64,000 nucleotides of DNA from Escherichia phage JES2013: the sequence record KC690136; one strand, 5' to 3'. Both the position numbers and the translations under genes were made by a program. Positions within the stretch are counted from its first letter, which is position 1. Each line of letters starts with the position of its first letter. The notes under the pieces are model-generated. The model was not told the DNA's origin and made no database searches. It saw nothing but the letters and a program-made list of their open reading frames with translations. Positions 52,870 through 60,977 of the stretch are shown in pieces.

Positions 52870-53101
52870 CCTCCTTTGGGAACTTGAACTCTGGCATAGC
52901 CATATACGCTACAACAGGGTTGTGATCAAAGTAGAACTGACCGTTAATTATCCCGGTTTTACTCACATAGTTACCAGATCCTGCAAGAACAACCTCGCAA
53001 GCTCCGAAATCTACATTGCCATCCTCATCAGCCATGGCTACGATATACTTTCCTAGAGGCATGTTTTTAACGCCGTCTACAAATGTCCACCCTTTGTTCA
53101 T
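52856..53101 (-). CDS. Hypothetical protein
   Basis: 81-aa ORF. Confidence 0.45.
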   Translation of the reverse strand: MNKGWTFVDGVKNMPLGKYIVAMADEDGNVDFGACEVVLAGSGNYVSKTGIINGQFYFDHNPVVAYMAMPEFKFPKEGADV

Positions 53102-53121
53102 ACTTTATCTCCTGCACTTTC

Positions 53122-53454
53122 TTAAGGTAACCAGTAAACAATCTCGCCTTTCAGCTTCATGTCGTTTCCAACATAAATTTCCCAGCCATCCATCTTAGCA
53201 ACTGTAGGCCCAAAGTCATCCGCACCCCTTACCTCTTTCCAGGCTCCGTAGTCAGGTTGCCAGATATAGAATCCACCTTCTTTGTCCCATGCTCCGTACA
53301 CTACGTTTAACAGGTTTCCCATTGCAACAATGGTGGGCCGTGGGAATAATACATCTACAGATGCGCCACAATTTCGGGTATCTTTTAAGTTGCAATCCCA
53401 AAAGATGTCTGCCAGTGTGGCGGCGATAGCTTTACGTCTTTCCAATGTTACCAT
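53122..53454 (-). CDS. Hypothetical protein
   Basis: 110-aa ORF. Confidence 0.45.
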   Translation of the reverse strand: MVTLERRKAIAATLADIFWDCNLKDTRNCGASVDVLFPRPTIVAMGNLLNVVYGAWDKEGGFYIWQPDYGAWKEVRGADDFGPTVAKMDGWEIYVGNDMKLKGEIVYWLP

Positions 53455-53464
53455 GGCACGATAC

Positions 53465-53656
53465 TCACTTGTTGTTAATAAGTTCTAAAACTTTCTGTCT
53501 TACTTTGTCAAGGTCTGTTGATTCAAAAACTGTGCGATATCCCCAACTTTGCCCATAGGAGTGACTGCAATCTCCGTAGCACCATTGCTCAATTTGATAG
53601 TATTCAAGGAAGGGGTGCTGTCTAACTATGATGCCATCCCGGTTAAAAATTACCAT
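53465..53656 (-). CDS. Hypothetical protein
   Basis: 63-aa ORF. Confidence 0.4.
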   Translation of the reverse strand: MVIFNRDGIIVRQHPFLEYYQIEQWCYGDCSHSYGQSWGYRTVFESTDLDKVRQKVLELINNK

Positions 53657-53719
53657 AATACGTCGCTCTCTGTTAGTCTGTGCGTATATTATACACTGTA
53701 GTTTTCAGATGTCAATCTT

Positions 53720-53914
53720 TTACAGGTTACTCCAGTATACTCGGCATTTACATTTCGGGCAATGAGGCTCTTTTATGTAATAACCATCAGTCTTTGGAAC
53801 ACTTTTTGGTGCAGTTTTAAGATTGTACCGAGTAAAACACCGGAAGCAGGTTACCTCTCCAACCTGTTGATCGTTTATCCACTCGCCAGAGTAAAGCTCT
53901 CTCTTGTTTCTCAT
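53720..53914 (-). CDS. Small zinc-ribbon-like protein
   Basis: CFRCF...CPKCKC pattern; start refined to ATG after GGGAGAG. Confidence 0.45.
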   Translation of the reverse strand: MRNKRELYSGEWINDQQVGEVTCFRCFTRYNLKTAPKSVPKTDGYYIKEPHCPKCKCRVYWSNL

Positions 53915-53940
53915 AATTCTCTCCCAAATCCTCTGCAATC

Positions 53941-54111
53941 TTATACCAAAATCTCCAGCCAGAAAGCACACGGGAACACTTTGATGATTGAATCTTTACC
54001 TGGTTCAGCAGTTCTTTTTCCGTAGGGTAGGTAGAAATACCCTCCTGCAGATTCGAACACAGCCCCTTCGGTTGTATCTATCACAGCCAGAATTAAGATT
54101 TTAGTCTCCAT
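53941..54111 (-). CDS. Hypothetical small protein (56 aa)
   Basis: sORF METKILILAVIDTTEGAVFESAGG...; SD GAGGGAG; below ORF-track cut-off. Confidence 0.3.
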   Translation of the reverse strand: METKILILAVIDTTEGAVFESAGGYFYLPYGKRTAEPGKDSIIKVFPCAFWLEILV

Positions 54112-54164
54112 AGTGCTCCCTCTCTCAATCGTTGTGGTGACTATACCATCTCAAAAACCCGCTG

Positions 54165-54662
54165 TCAACACTTTTTGTACTCCACCACGATAATATTCAT
54201 ATCAAAAGTGGCAAGGTTAATAACGTCCTCTACGTGCTCCCACTTCAAACCGCCTATGCCGCACCCGATCTTAGGGATGTAGAATGGTAAAGTCGATCCA
54301 CTGAATACCTCATTGACTAGCTCAAAGCCTTTCAGGATTGAGAAATATTCAGCATTAGGTCCTGGGTAGAACTGAGTATACAGATTGATTCCGTAGACAA
54401 TACCTCTCGGAGATAAGTGCTCCCATCGGGAGAACGCACCCAGTTTACTTAGGCAACCGTGTCTGGTCTCTTTGTCAGCTGCCAATGCTTGAGGGAACTC
54501 ACGGGCAATCTGTTTTGCTATCCCCTTGCCCATTGTGTGGAAGCAGTTACAACCGTGGATCAGGTGACCAGCACCGCTCTTAAAAAGGGAGATTAAATCT
54601 CCCTCTACAGTATCAATAATCACGGTATGCCAGCTCCTCTTCCGCAATTTCAAAAAACTCAT
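54165..54662 (-). CDS. Macro domain protein (ADP-ribose binding/processing)
   Basis: VIIDTVEGDL...GHLIHGCNCFHTMGKGIAKQI and IPKIGCGIGGL match macro-domain motifs; start uncertain. Confidence 0.65.
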   Translation of the reverse strand: MSFLKLRKRSWHTVIIDTVEGDLISLFKSGAGHLIHGCNCFHTMGKGIAKQIAREFPQALAADKETRHGCLSKLGAFSRWEHLSPRGIVYGINLYTQFYPGPNAEYFSILKGFELVNEVFSGSTLPFYIPKIGCGIGGLKWEHVEDVINLATFDMNIIVVEYKKC

Positions 54663-55038
54663 CCCAACCTTGTGGCATATTTGAGTTGCCGAAGTGGCTT
54701 TCATAGTAAAGGTTCTCACCACTTGGGAGATAGAAATCTGTTACCTCGTAGAATCCACAATCGTCGCACTCGCCTTCTTCAAACTTGGCCTCAACCTTAA
54801 TACCGAGGAAGGTGAAAAGTTTATGAATATCTTCAGTTTCGAACTCCCAGTGAATGTTGTTTTCCGCATCGGTGTAGAACTGGATCAGCAGACCATTGTC
54901 CAGTTTACCAAAATACTCTGTGAAGTAACTTCCTTCCCAGAAATCTCTATGACAAATAATATCCATGCGTTTGCCCATAATAATGGTGTGAGCGTTTTGG
55001 GCATCGTCGCGAATCAGTTTTGGCATTTCATAGATCAT
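54613..55038 (-). CDS. Hypothetical acidic protein
   Basis: 141-aa ORF; 3' end overlaps macro-domain gene. Confidence 0.45.
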   Translation of the reverse strand: MIYEMPKLIRDDAQNAHTIIMGKRMDIICHRDFWEGSYFTEYFGKLDNGLLIQFYTDAENNIHWEFETEDIHKLFTFLGIKVEAKFEEGECDDCGFYEVTDFYLPSGENLYYESHFGNSNMPQGWDEFFEIAEEELAYRDY

Positions 55039-55106
55039 CTTAGTTCTCCGGGTTCAACAGGTGGTGGTGCTACAGGAAGATCATAAAACATAGCTATCAC
55101 AGTCTC

Positions 55107-55304
55107 TTACACAGGAATTGCTTCAAACAGGCCGTTATCTATACCGTCCTTCAGATAGAGATTATATTCTATATCGGTATCTGTATAAAGGGCAGCATCC
55201 AGCATTCTATCTGTGAGTCCATCCATTGGGTGGAGAAACCACCACCCACGCCAGTCAAAGTAACAGCCTGGTGCATCTTCTCTTACACGGATTCGATAAA
55301 TCAT
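55107..55304 (-). CDS. Hypothetical protein
   Basis: 65-aa ORF; AGGAGG SD. Confidence 0.4.
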   Translation of the reverse strand: MIYRIRVREDAPGCYFDWRGWWFLHPMDGLTDRMLDAALYTDTDIEYNLYLKDGIDNGLFEAIPV

Positions 55305-55400
55305 GGGCAGTGGCCTCCTGTTAGTTATACATCCCAGTTTTCTTCGTTCATCGCGTCCTCCCGTTATATGAAGTTATAATTGCACACCTTTCAACCTGTG

Positions 55401-55817
55401 TCAACAGAAAACTTCAACAAATTCTTCCACAGTTTTAATGTCGTGGGAAAAAGGTTTACGGCTATAACGGGCAATAGCACTATCAACCACCGCCCGGTAC
55501 TCCAAATCTTCAGAATATTTCATGAAGCATTGCAGCGTCTCTGGGCAGATAGCTAAATAGCTCCACCACCCCTCTTCAGATTGGTAGTCGAATCCCATAC
55601 TCTCCAACCATGAAGCATATACTCCTGCACCCTCTAGCCAGTGGGTATTTTCATCAAGAAATTTATTCACCGACATGTGTGCTTCCAGGCACTCGTCAAG
55701 CTCTTTTCCGTTAACCAGCCATGCACTGACTGTGGCGCATCCGAGGTCTACAGATTGAGTTGACAGGTTGTATTGGTCATAGTTCTCAGGTTTAACAATG
55801 ATATCTTCTAATGTCAT
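55401..55817 (-). CDS. Hypothetical acidic protein
   Basis: 138-aa ORF. Confidence 0.45.
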   Translation of the reverse strand: MTLEDIIVKPENYDQYNLSTQSVDLGCATVSAWLVNGKELDECLEAHMSVNKFLDENTHWLEGAGVYASWLESMGFDYQSEEGWWSYLAICPETLQCFMKYSEDLEYRAVVDSAIARYSRKPFSHDIKTVEEFVEVFC

Positions 55818-55879
55818 TTTTCAGATCTCCTTATACAAAAATGCCCCACCCTTTCGGGCAGGGCTATGTCAGTTAGGTG

Positions 55880-56503
55880 CTAAAAGTATTCATAGAGGTA
55901 TCCATCGGGAGCTGGAATTTTTTCATGAATGTAGTAATCAACACATATTCCGGTTTCTCTTCTACAAGAATTGTGGGATACCCATTCTTTAAGAACGTTG
56001 CCATTCATGTCCAGCCTCCTTACATTTTTACACCGTCTACCGCTGGTGCTTCTATGCAACAGAATATCCTCCGTCTGCTTGTCTTTATTTTCTCCCCAGG
56101 TCGTTAAACGGATATTATCAAAAGAGTACCCTTTGAAATCATCTATCCTGTCACAAGAAGGCTTTTTCCTTTTGTCGTATCCGCTGGCTACCCACTGGTC
56201 ATACAACTCTTTGTAACCGTTCAGGTATAGCCACTCCTTAAACTCTTTTTTGGTGTAAGTCGGAGGAGGGTGACCTCTTTGCTTGCTGTTGCACTTTTGA
56301 GCCTTGTACAACACGCGTATTACACCTTTTTCTGAAGAGTCGTGGGAAAACTGGTCAGCCTCCCTACTGGCCTTCTTACAACACTCTTTGCACTTATTAA
56401 GATGACCGTCAGACATCTTTGGGTGTTTGTAGAACTCGGAGAGGTTTTTCACCTCTCCGCACTTGATGCATCTCTTACAATGCGTAGATTCTACTTTTGC
56501 CAT
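55880..56503 (-). CDS. Putative free-standing homing endonuclease (HNH-like)
   Basis: N-terminal CKRCIKCG...CKEC; [23 protein letters not shown] resembles HNH_3-type motif; overlaps 3' end of SSB-like gene. Confidence 0.45.
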   Translation of the reverse strand: MAKVESTHCKRCIKCGEVKNLSEFYKHPKMSDGHLNKCKECCKKASREADQFSHDSSEKGVIRVLYKAQKCNSKQRGHPPPTYTKKEFKEWLYLNGYKELYDQWVASGYDKRKKPSCDRIDDFKGYSFDNIRLTTWGENKDKQTEDILLHRSTSGRRCKNVRRLDMNGNVLKEWVSHNSCRRETGICVDYYIHEKIPAPDGYLYEYF

Positions 56504-57746
56504 ATTGCAGACCTACCGGAGCGAAAGGAATGTCATCACAGAAGTCATACTGTGCTGGATTCTGATCCATCGGGTCATCTTCCTCATCATTTACAGGAGG
56601 AGCGTCTACAGTGTTTTGCTGTGGAGCTGTTTCCTGTTTGGCAGCCTGAGGTTCTTGATGGTCAGTTGACCCAGCACCGTTCTTGATCCAATCGTACAAC
56701 GGCTCAGCCAGATTAGTCAAGACATCTTTTGCTTCTGCAGTAATTGCCGCTGCAAAATCATCAACTTTCGTTTTCTTGTCAATACGGCGACAAGCGTTCA
56801 ACACCGCATTACCGACACTGGCACCTACTTCATCTTCAGTTCGGTTGGTGGCTTGAGCATACTCTTTCTTAAGCTCAATGGTGACTACGTGCAGTGTTTT
56901 AGCCACGCCCAGTGGGTCGTCTACCTTAAACCCGCGATCCAGGATGATCTGCAACGCATTGATGCTATGCCCCGTTTCCACACCGATAGGGTCGTAAGAG
57001 GATTTACGCTTGCCACCAGAGCCTTGAGTGCCGTTCTCTGCCTTAGGAGGATAGGCCTTGAAACCACTGATAATGTTTCCGGTGTCTTTGTCAACAATGG
57101 CTGCAACACGACCACCTACCACCAGGTCTTTAAGCTGCTCATCAGTTACAACCATAGCACCTTCGCCAATCTTGTGGTCATTAACAGTAACCACGTTGCC
57201 AACAATCTGAGTCACATCACCATAGATGCGTAAAACGTCCTGATTGGCATTCTGCTGAGGTTTCTGCTTCTGGCCTTGTGATTGTGCACCTTGTTGCTGT
57301 TTTTGCTGCTGAGTCGCTGCTGGAGCCTCTCCTGCACCCAGCTTAACCATCTTAGCCAGTGAGCCCTTGTAATAGGTCTTACCGTTATGCTCGTTTGCCT
57401 TCAAAGGGATATTTACGATCCATCCTGGCGTTACGGTTTCCCACTTGTCATCAATCTTAACAGAGACAGAGTCTTGATGACCTGGTTTAAGCAGCTTATC
57501 ACCCATGCTGATCCAGACTTCTTCACCACCTTGAAGCAGGTTATCAGAGGAATCCAGTTCAGAAATCAGTAAAGAGATGGTGTGGCTGGATTCAATTTTC
57601 TTACCTTGCCACACAGTGGTTTTAATACCTGTTGTAGGATCAGCACCTTTGATAGGCTTGATGCTAACACGTTTAATCATGCCGTGAGCCAGTAAAACAG
57701 TTTCACGCGGATTCATTGGGTTAGCGAATTGTTGAATAACGCTCAT
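56475..57746 (-). CDS. Putative single-stranded DNA-binding protein
   Basis: Gln-rich linker [20 protein letters not shown]; acidic DEEDDP...YDFCDDIPF like the SSB C-terminal DDDIPF tip; neighbourhood of DNA polymerase. Confidence 0.4.
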   Translation of the reverse strand: MSVIQQFANPMNPRETVLLAHGMIKRVSIKPIKGADPTTGIKTTVWQGKKIESSHTISLLISELDSSDNLLQGGEEVWISMGDKLLKPGHQDSVSVKIDDKWETVTPGWIVNIPLKANEHNGKTYYKGSLAKMVKLGAGEAPAATQQQKQQQGAQSQGQKQKPQQNANQDVLRIYGDVTQIVGNVVTVNDHKIGEGAMVVTDEQLKDLVVGGRVAAIVDKDTGNIISGFKAYPPKAENGTQGSGGKRKSSYDPIGVETGHSINALQIILDRGFKVDDPLGVAKTLHVVTIELKKEYAQATNRTEDEVGASVGNAVLNACRRIDKKTKVDDFAAAITAEAKDVLTNLAEPLYDWIKNGAGSTDHQEPQAAKQETAPQQNTVDAPPVNDEEDDPMDQNPAQYDFCDDIPFAPVGLQYGKSRIYAL

Positions 57747-58111
57747 TATTTGTCTCCTTGTTCTTCGTTAGTGCTTGCCGTGTGTGCGAACCCTGCTTGA
57801 ATTAATTTGTCCTGAACTTGAGCCAACAGGCCCATTGCAAAACTTGTGGTCCCAGAGAGGGCCATCAGCATATCCCGTTGTTGAGCTACCCAACCTAAGG
57901 CATAGTCCAAACGACGATATTTTTCTTCTTCACGCAAAGCTTGGAATAATTGTTCAGCCTCTGGCTGTTGTGTGAGCTCCTGAAGTCTTCCCATGAAAGA
58001 AGAAAGCACTAGCAAAAGAGACACTTGATCTTTACTTAACCCTAAGAAAAATTCTTGAGGTTGTTCTTGCTCGTTCATCGCAACCGACTCTTGATCGTTC
58101 ATTTGTTCCAT
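57746..58111 (-). CDS. Hypothetical protein
   Basis: 121-aa ORF. Confidence 0.45.
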   Translation of the reverse strand: MEQMNDQESVAMNEQEQPQEFFLGLSKDQVSLLLVLSSFMGRLQELTQQPEAEQLFQALREEEKYRRLDYALGWVAQQRDMLMALSGTTSFAMGLLAQVQDKLIQAGFAHTASTNEEQGDK

Positions 58112-58194
58112 TATGGAATCTCCGATTTTATTTGAACAACATAGAAGGAGACACTATTTTAGCATCCCCTTCTGTAAATTACAATAGGTATTTG

Positions 58195-58440
58195 TTAGCC
58201 AATCACTTCGAAAGTTCCCCAATTCCCGTCCAGCAGGCAGGTGATCGGATCCCCATCGTCGTCAAAGATTTCAAAGTTTTCAGCATCCAGGATGTGGCCC
58301 TCGAACACAATACTTTCGTCGCCACCACCAGAGATAACAGCGTATTCCTTACCTTGAGTCAAGTTTTGACACCCTTTGCCACCAAAACCTACTTCAACAC
58401 AACGTACTTTCTGTCCTGCGCGAGCAACTACTTCAGTCAT
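58195..58440 (-). CDS. Hypothetical protein
   Basis: 81-aa ORF. Confidence 0.45.
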   Translation of the reverse strand: MTEVVARAGQKVRCVEVGFGGKGCQNLTQGKEYAVISGGGDESIVFEGHILDAENFEIFDDDGDPITCLLDGNWGTFEVIG

Positions 58441-58457
58441 CTTAAGGTCTCCTGATA

Positions 58458-58778
58458 TTAATCGTCAAGTTCAAAATAGATTTTAACAGCTTCATCGAAG
58501 ATTGGAATCCCGATGTTGTTGATAAGCTGCCAAACTACCATATCTTTACCTGGATCTGGGAGAATGTCAACCTTTCTCCATGCGCTGTATACCCAGTTCG
58601 GACCGCCTTCTGCACTAACTGGCAGATTTTCACCAGCCTCCTGTAGATACTTATACAGCAAAAGATATTCTGGATACTCCAGAACACTGTCCTCTGTAGT
58701 ATATAGCAGTTCACGGTATACTTTTAAGAACCCTGCTGGGGTGATGTTTTCAGTCTTCATTTGCTGCTTCTCCTGCAT
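58458..58778 (-). CDS. Hypothetical protein
   Basis: 106-aa ORF. Confidence 0.45.
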   Translation of the reverse strand: MQEKQQMKTENITPAGFLKVYRELLYTTEDSVLEYPEYLLLYKYLQEAGENLPVSAEGGPNWVYSAWRKVDILPDPGKDMVVWQLINNIGIPIFDEAVKIYFELDD

Positions 58779-59139
58779 TCATCAGATCTGCCATAGCGTC
58801 ACCCACGAAGAGAACAACCACATCGTTTACCGCGTCAGCATCATCTTTGTTGACGTTGCTGAATTTAGGACACACAGCAATAATCATATAGACACCGTTA
58901 CCCACCTGAACTGTCCGTGTGGTGCACATCATGGCGGTATTTGTGCCTTCTTTGAAGGCGAAGCCTTGAAGACGCTCCTCTAGAGTGTTACCGGTAGACT
59001 TCAGAAGCGCCAGCTCGTCCAAGGCATAGATGATATCTCCGGAAGTTAGTGTTGCCTTGCCATCAGACACCATAATCACTTCATCAGCACCGTCAAGCTT
59101 AGAGGCTTCAAAGATATCAATATCCCAAATATTTTTCAT
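58750..59139 (-). CDS. Hypothetical protein
   Basis: 129-aa ORF. Confidence 0.45.
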   Translation of the reverse strand: MKNIWDIDIFEASKLDGADEVIMVSDGKATLTSGDIIYALDELALLKSTGNTLEERLQGFAFKEGTNTAMMCTTRTVQVGNGVYMIIAVCPKFSNVNKDDADAVNDVVVLFVGDAMADLMNAGEAANED

Positions 59140-59411
59140 TACGCTTCCTCGTCGTCTAAGTAATCATCAAGAGAGGTGAAGATTTCACCGAAGTATTCTA
59201 AGATTTCTAGCTCACGTGTGGTGCAGCAAACATAATCGCCTTGGTCGTCCTTAATAGTGGCCTCTTTACCCAGAATATCTACTTCAAGTTCATCGTTCAA
59301 CAGGACGGCCCCTGTGTAAACTTTGTCAGCTGTGCAGTCCCGAAAAGCAGAGTCCTTCTCCAGATAGTCTGGCTTAACCTTGGCTTTAATTCGTTGGTAT
59401 TGTTTGGTCAT
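59139..59411 (-). CDS. Hypothetical protein, paralog family C
   Basis: KPDYLEKDSAFRDCT...KDDQGDYVCCTTRE parallels 59475 ORF; start refined to ATG. Confidence 0.45.
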   Translation of the reverse strand: MTKQYQRIKAKVKPDYLEKDSAFRDCTADKVYTGAVLLNDELEVDILGKEATIKDDQGDYVCCTTRELEILEYFGEIFTSLDDYLDDEEA

Positions 59412-59474
59412 TGTTGTGGTCCCCTTTCGTTTTGATAGGACCATTGTATTAGGTCCTATCGCTGTTGTCAAGTA

Positions 59475-59729
59475 TTAATGTTCAGGTTTTACAAAAACGA
59501 CTTCATTAACAGTGCACCAGACAGAGTCTCCTTCATCATCTTTAAAGGTAAGGCACTGTGCTGAGTTTTCCAGCTCATCGATCTCTTCTTGTGATAAAGG
59601 GGCCCCTTCTTCCAGAAGGGCTTTTACCAGAGGGTTCTCACAAAACTCTGCTTCATAAATTGCACCGACTGTGCAATCTTTAAAAGCTCGGTCATTTGCA
59701 ACGCATTCTGGCTTCAAAGTAATTTTCAT
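59475..59729 (-). CDS. Hypothetical protein, paralog family C
   Basis: KPECVANDRAFKDCT...KDDEGDSVWCTVNE; tandem to 59139 ORF. Confidence 0.45.
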   Translation of the reverse strand: MKITLKPECVANDRAFKDCTVGAIYEAEFCENPLVKALLEEGAPLSQEEIDELENSAQCLTFKDDEGDSVWCTVNEVVFVKPEH

Positions 59730-59805
59730 CTTGGCAGTCTCCTTAGTTATTTAAAAATCACCGATCTGTTTGTGTGAAGCATCTTATATCTAATCTTACT
59801 TCTTG

Positions 59806-60204
59806 TCAATGGCTATTTTCAATCAGCCACACAGGGTCGAGGTAAATTTGTTGGCGTGTTGCCCAATGACAAACTTCATTGTACATCTGAATCTCTTTGT
59901 CCGTCAGTTCACGAATAGGCTCATCTATACCCTCATTTTTGTGGTAATCCCAGTCGGCATCGATTTCCCACAGCCATGACTTGTTGTCACCACGCTTACG
60001 CACACAGAAGTCACCGGGACGGCCTGCCAATGCATTTAAGAACTCGTTCTCCGCTCGCTCTTGGAGAATACTAAGGAGCAAAACGTTAGAACATGACCGT
60101 AGAATATGCTTCAGCTCACAATCATCAATCTCAACTTCAATACGTTGTTTGACTGTGTGGGTACCTTTTACTAACATCCTACCTCCTCTAAACGAACTCT
60201 GCAA
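59806..60204 (-). CDS. Hypothetical protein
   Basis: 132-aa ORF. Confidence 0.5.
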   Translation of the reverse strand: MQSSFRGGRMLVKGTHTVKQRIEVEIDDCELKHILRSCSNVLLLSILQERAENEFLNALAGRPGDFCVRKRGDNKSWLWEIDADWDYHKNEGIDEPIRELTDKEIQMYNEVCHWATRQQIYLDPVWLIENSH

Positions 60205-60382
60205 GGGTTGTGTTGTTCACTGCACCGCAGTAAATGGAGTATCCCAGCCCATTAGAGTGCAGAAACCACGGCGTGCCGAAATTATCTTTCACGTAGACAT
60301 CACCGTTGCTTGTAAAGGGCCAATATTCTTCACCAAGGGTGAAATACCTACTCATACCCTCAGCCAGATACTTTACTTTCAT
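60188..60382 (-). CDS. Hypothetical protein, paralog family D
   Basis: WFLHSNGLGYSIYCGAV...LAEFV parallels 60379 ORF. Confidence 0.45.
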   Translation of the reverse strand: MKVKYLAEGMSRYFTLGEEYWPFTSNGDVYVKDNFGTPWFLHSNGLGYSIYCGAVNNTTLAEFV

Positions 60383-60606
60383 AGGCCCTCTTCAACAGCT
60401 ACAAACTTGGCAAGCAGGGTGGTTCCGTAGATATGATACTCACCGTTTGCCAGATGGGAGATAAACCAGGCAATCCCTTCCTCGTCTTTAATCATCTTGT
60501 TTGCACGATTTTTATCGTAATAAACCTCGTAGGTCTTTCCTTCTTTAAAGAATGACAGGTCTGTCATCTTTTCTTCTACAAAAGTAGCTTTAACCAAAGT
60601 TGTCAT
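60379..60606 (-). CDS. Hypothetical protein, paralog family D
   Basis: WFISHLANGEYHIYGTTLLAKFV. Confidence 0.45.
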   Translation of the reverse strand: MTTLVKATFVEEKMTDLSFFKEGKTYEVYYDKNRANKMIKDEEGIAWFISHLANGEYHIYGTTLLAKFVAVEEGL

Positions 60607-60977
60607 TGATCGGTCTCCTTCTTGTTAAGTCTGAATACTGCAATAATAGCATTCCCAAGGTGCAGTGTCAAATCATTTCCAAGATACCACAACATTCCAC
60701 GGTCATCTTTAATGAAAGGGTAACAATCTGGTGCCTTCCAGACATTGTACACTTTCCCAACCTGAAAGAAATCAGGCCCTGTTGGGATTTTGGTGCCAGG
60801 CCACACTTGGGATACCTGAACACACTCCACCTGCATAATAACAGGAATAGTCATGGATGTAAATGTTTTTGTTGGTTCTACTACCATAAAAGTCTCCTCT
60901 TTGCTTAACAGCACCTCCCTGTGCTGATAGTTTACATTAGTGACAATCACCCCAGTTACGACCACACAAGTATTCAC
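60603..60977 (-). CDS. Hypothetical protein (possible family D relative)
   Basis: DDRGMLWYLGNDLTLHLGNAI; 3' of DNA polymerase gene. Confidence 0.45.
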   Translation of the reverse strand: MNTCVVVTGVIVTNVNYQHREVLLSKEETFMVVEPTKTFTSMTIPVIMQVECVQVSQVWPGTKIPTGPDFFQVGKVYNVWKAPDCYPFIKDDRGMLWYLGNDLTLHLGNAIIAVFRLNKKETDQ

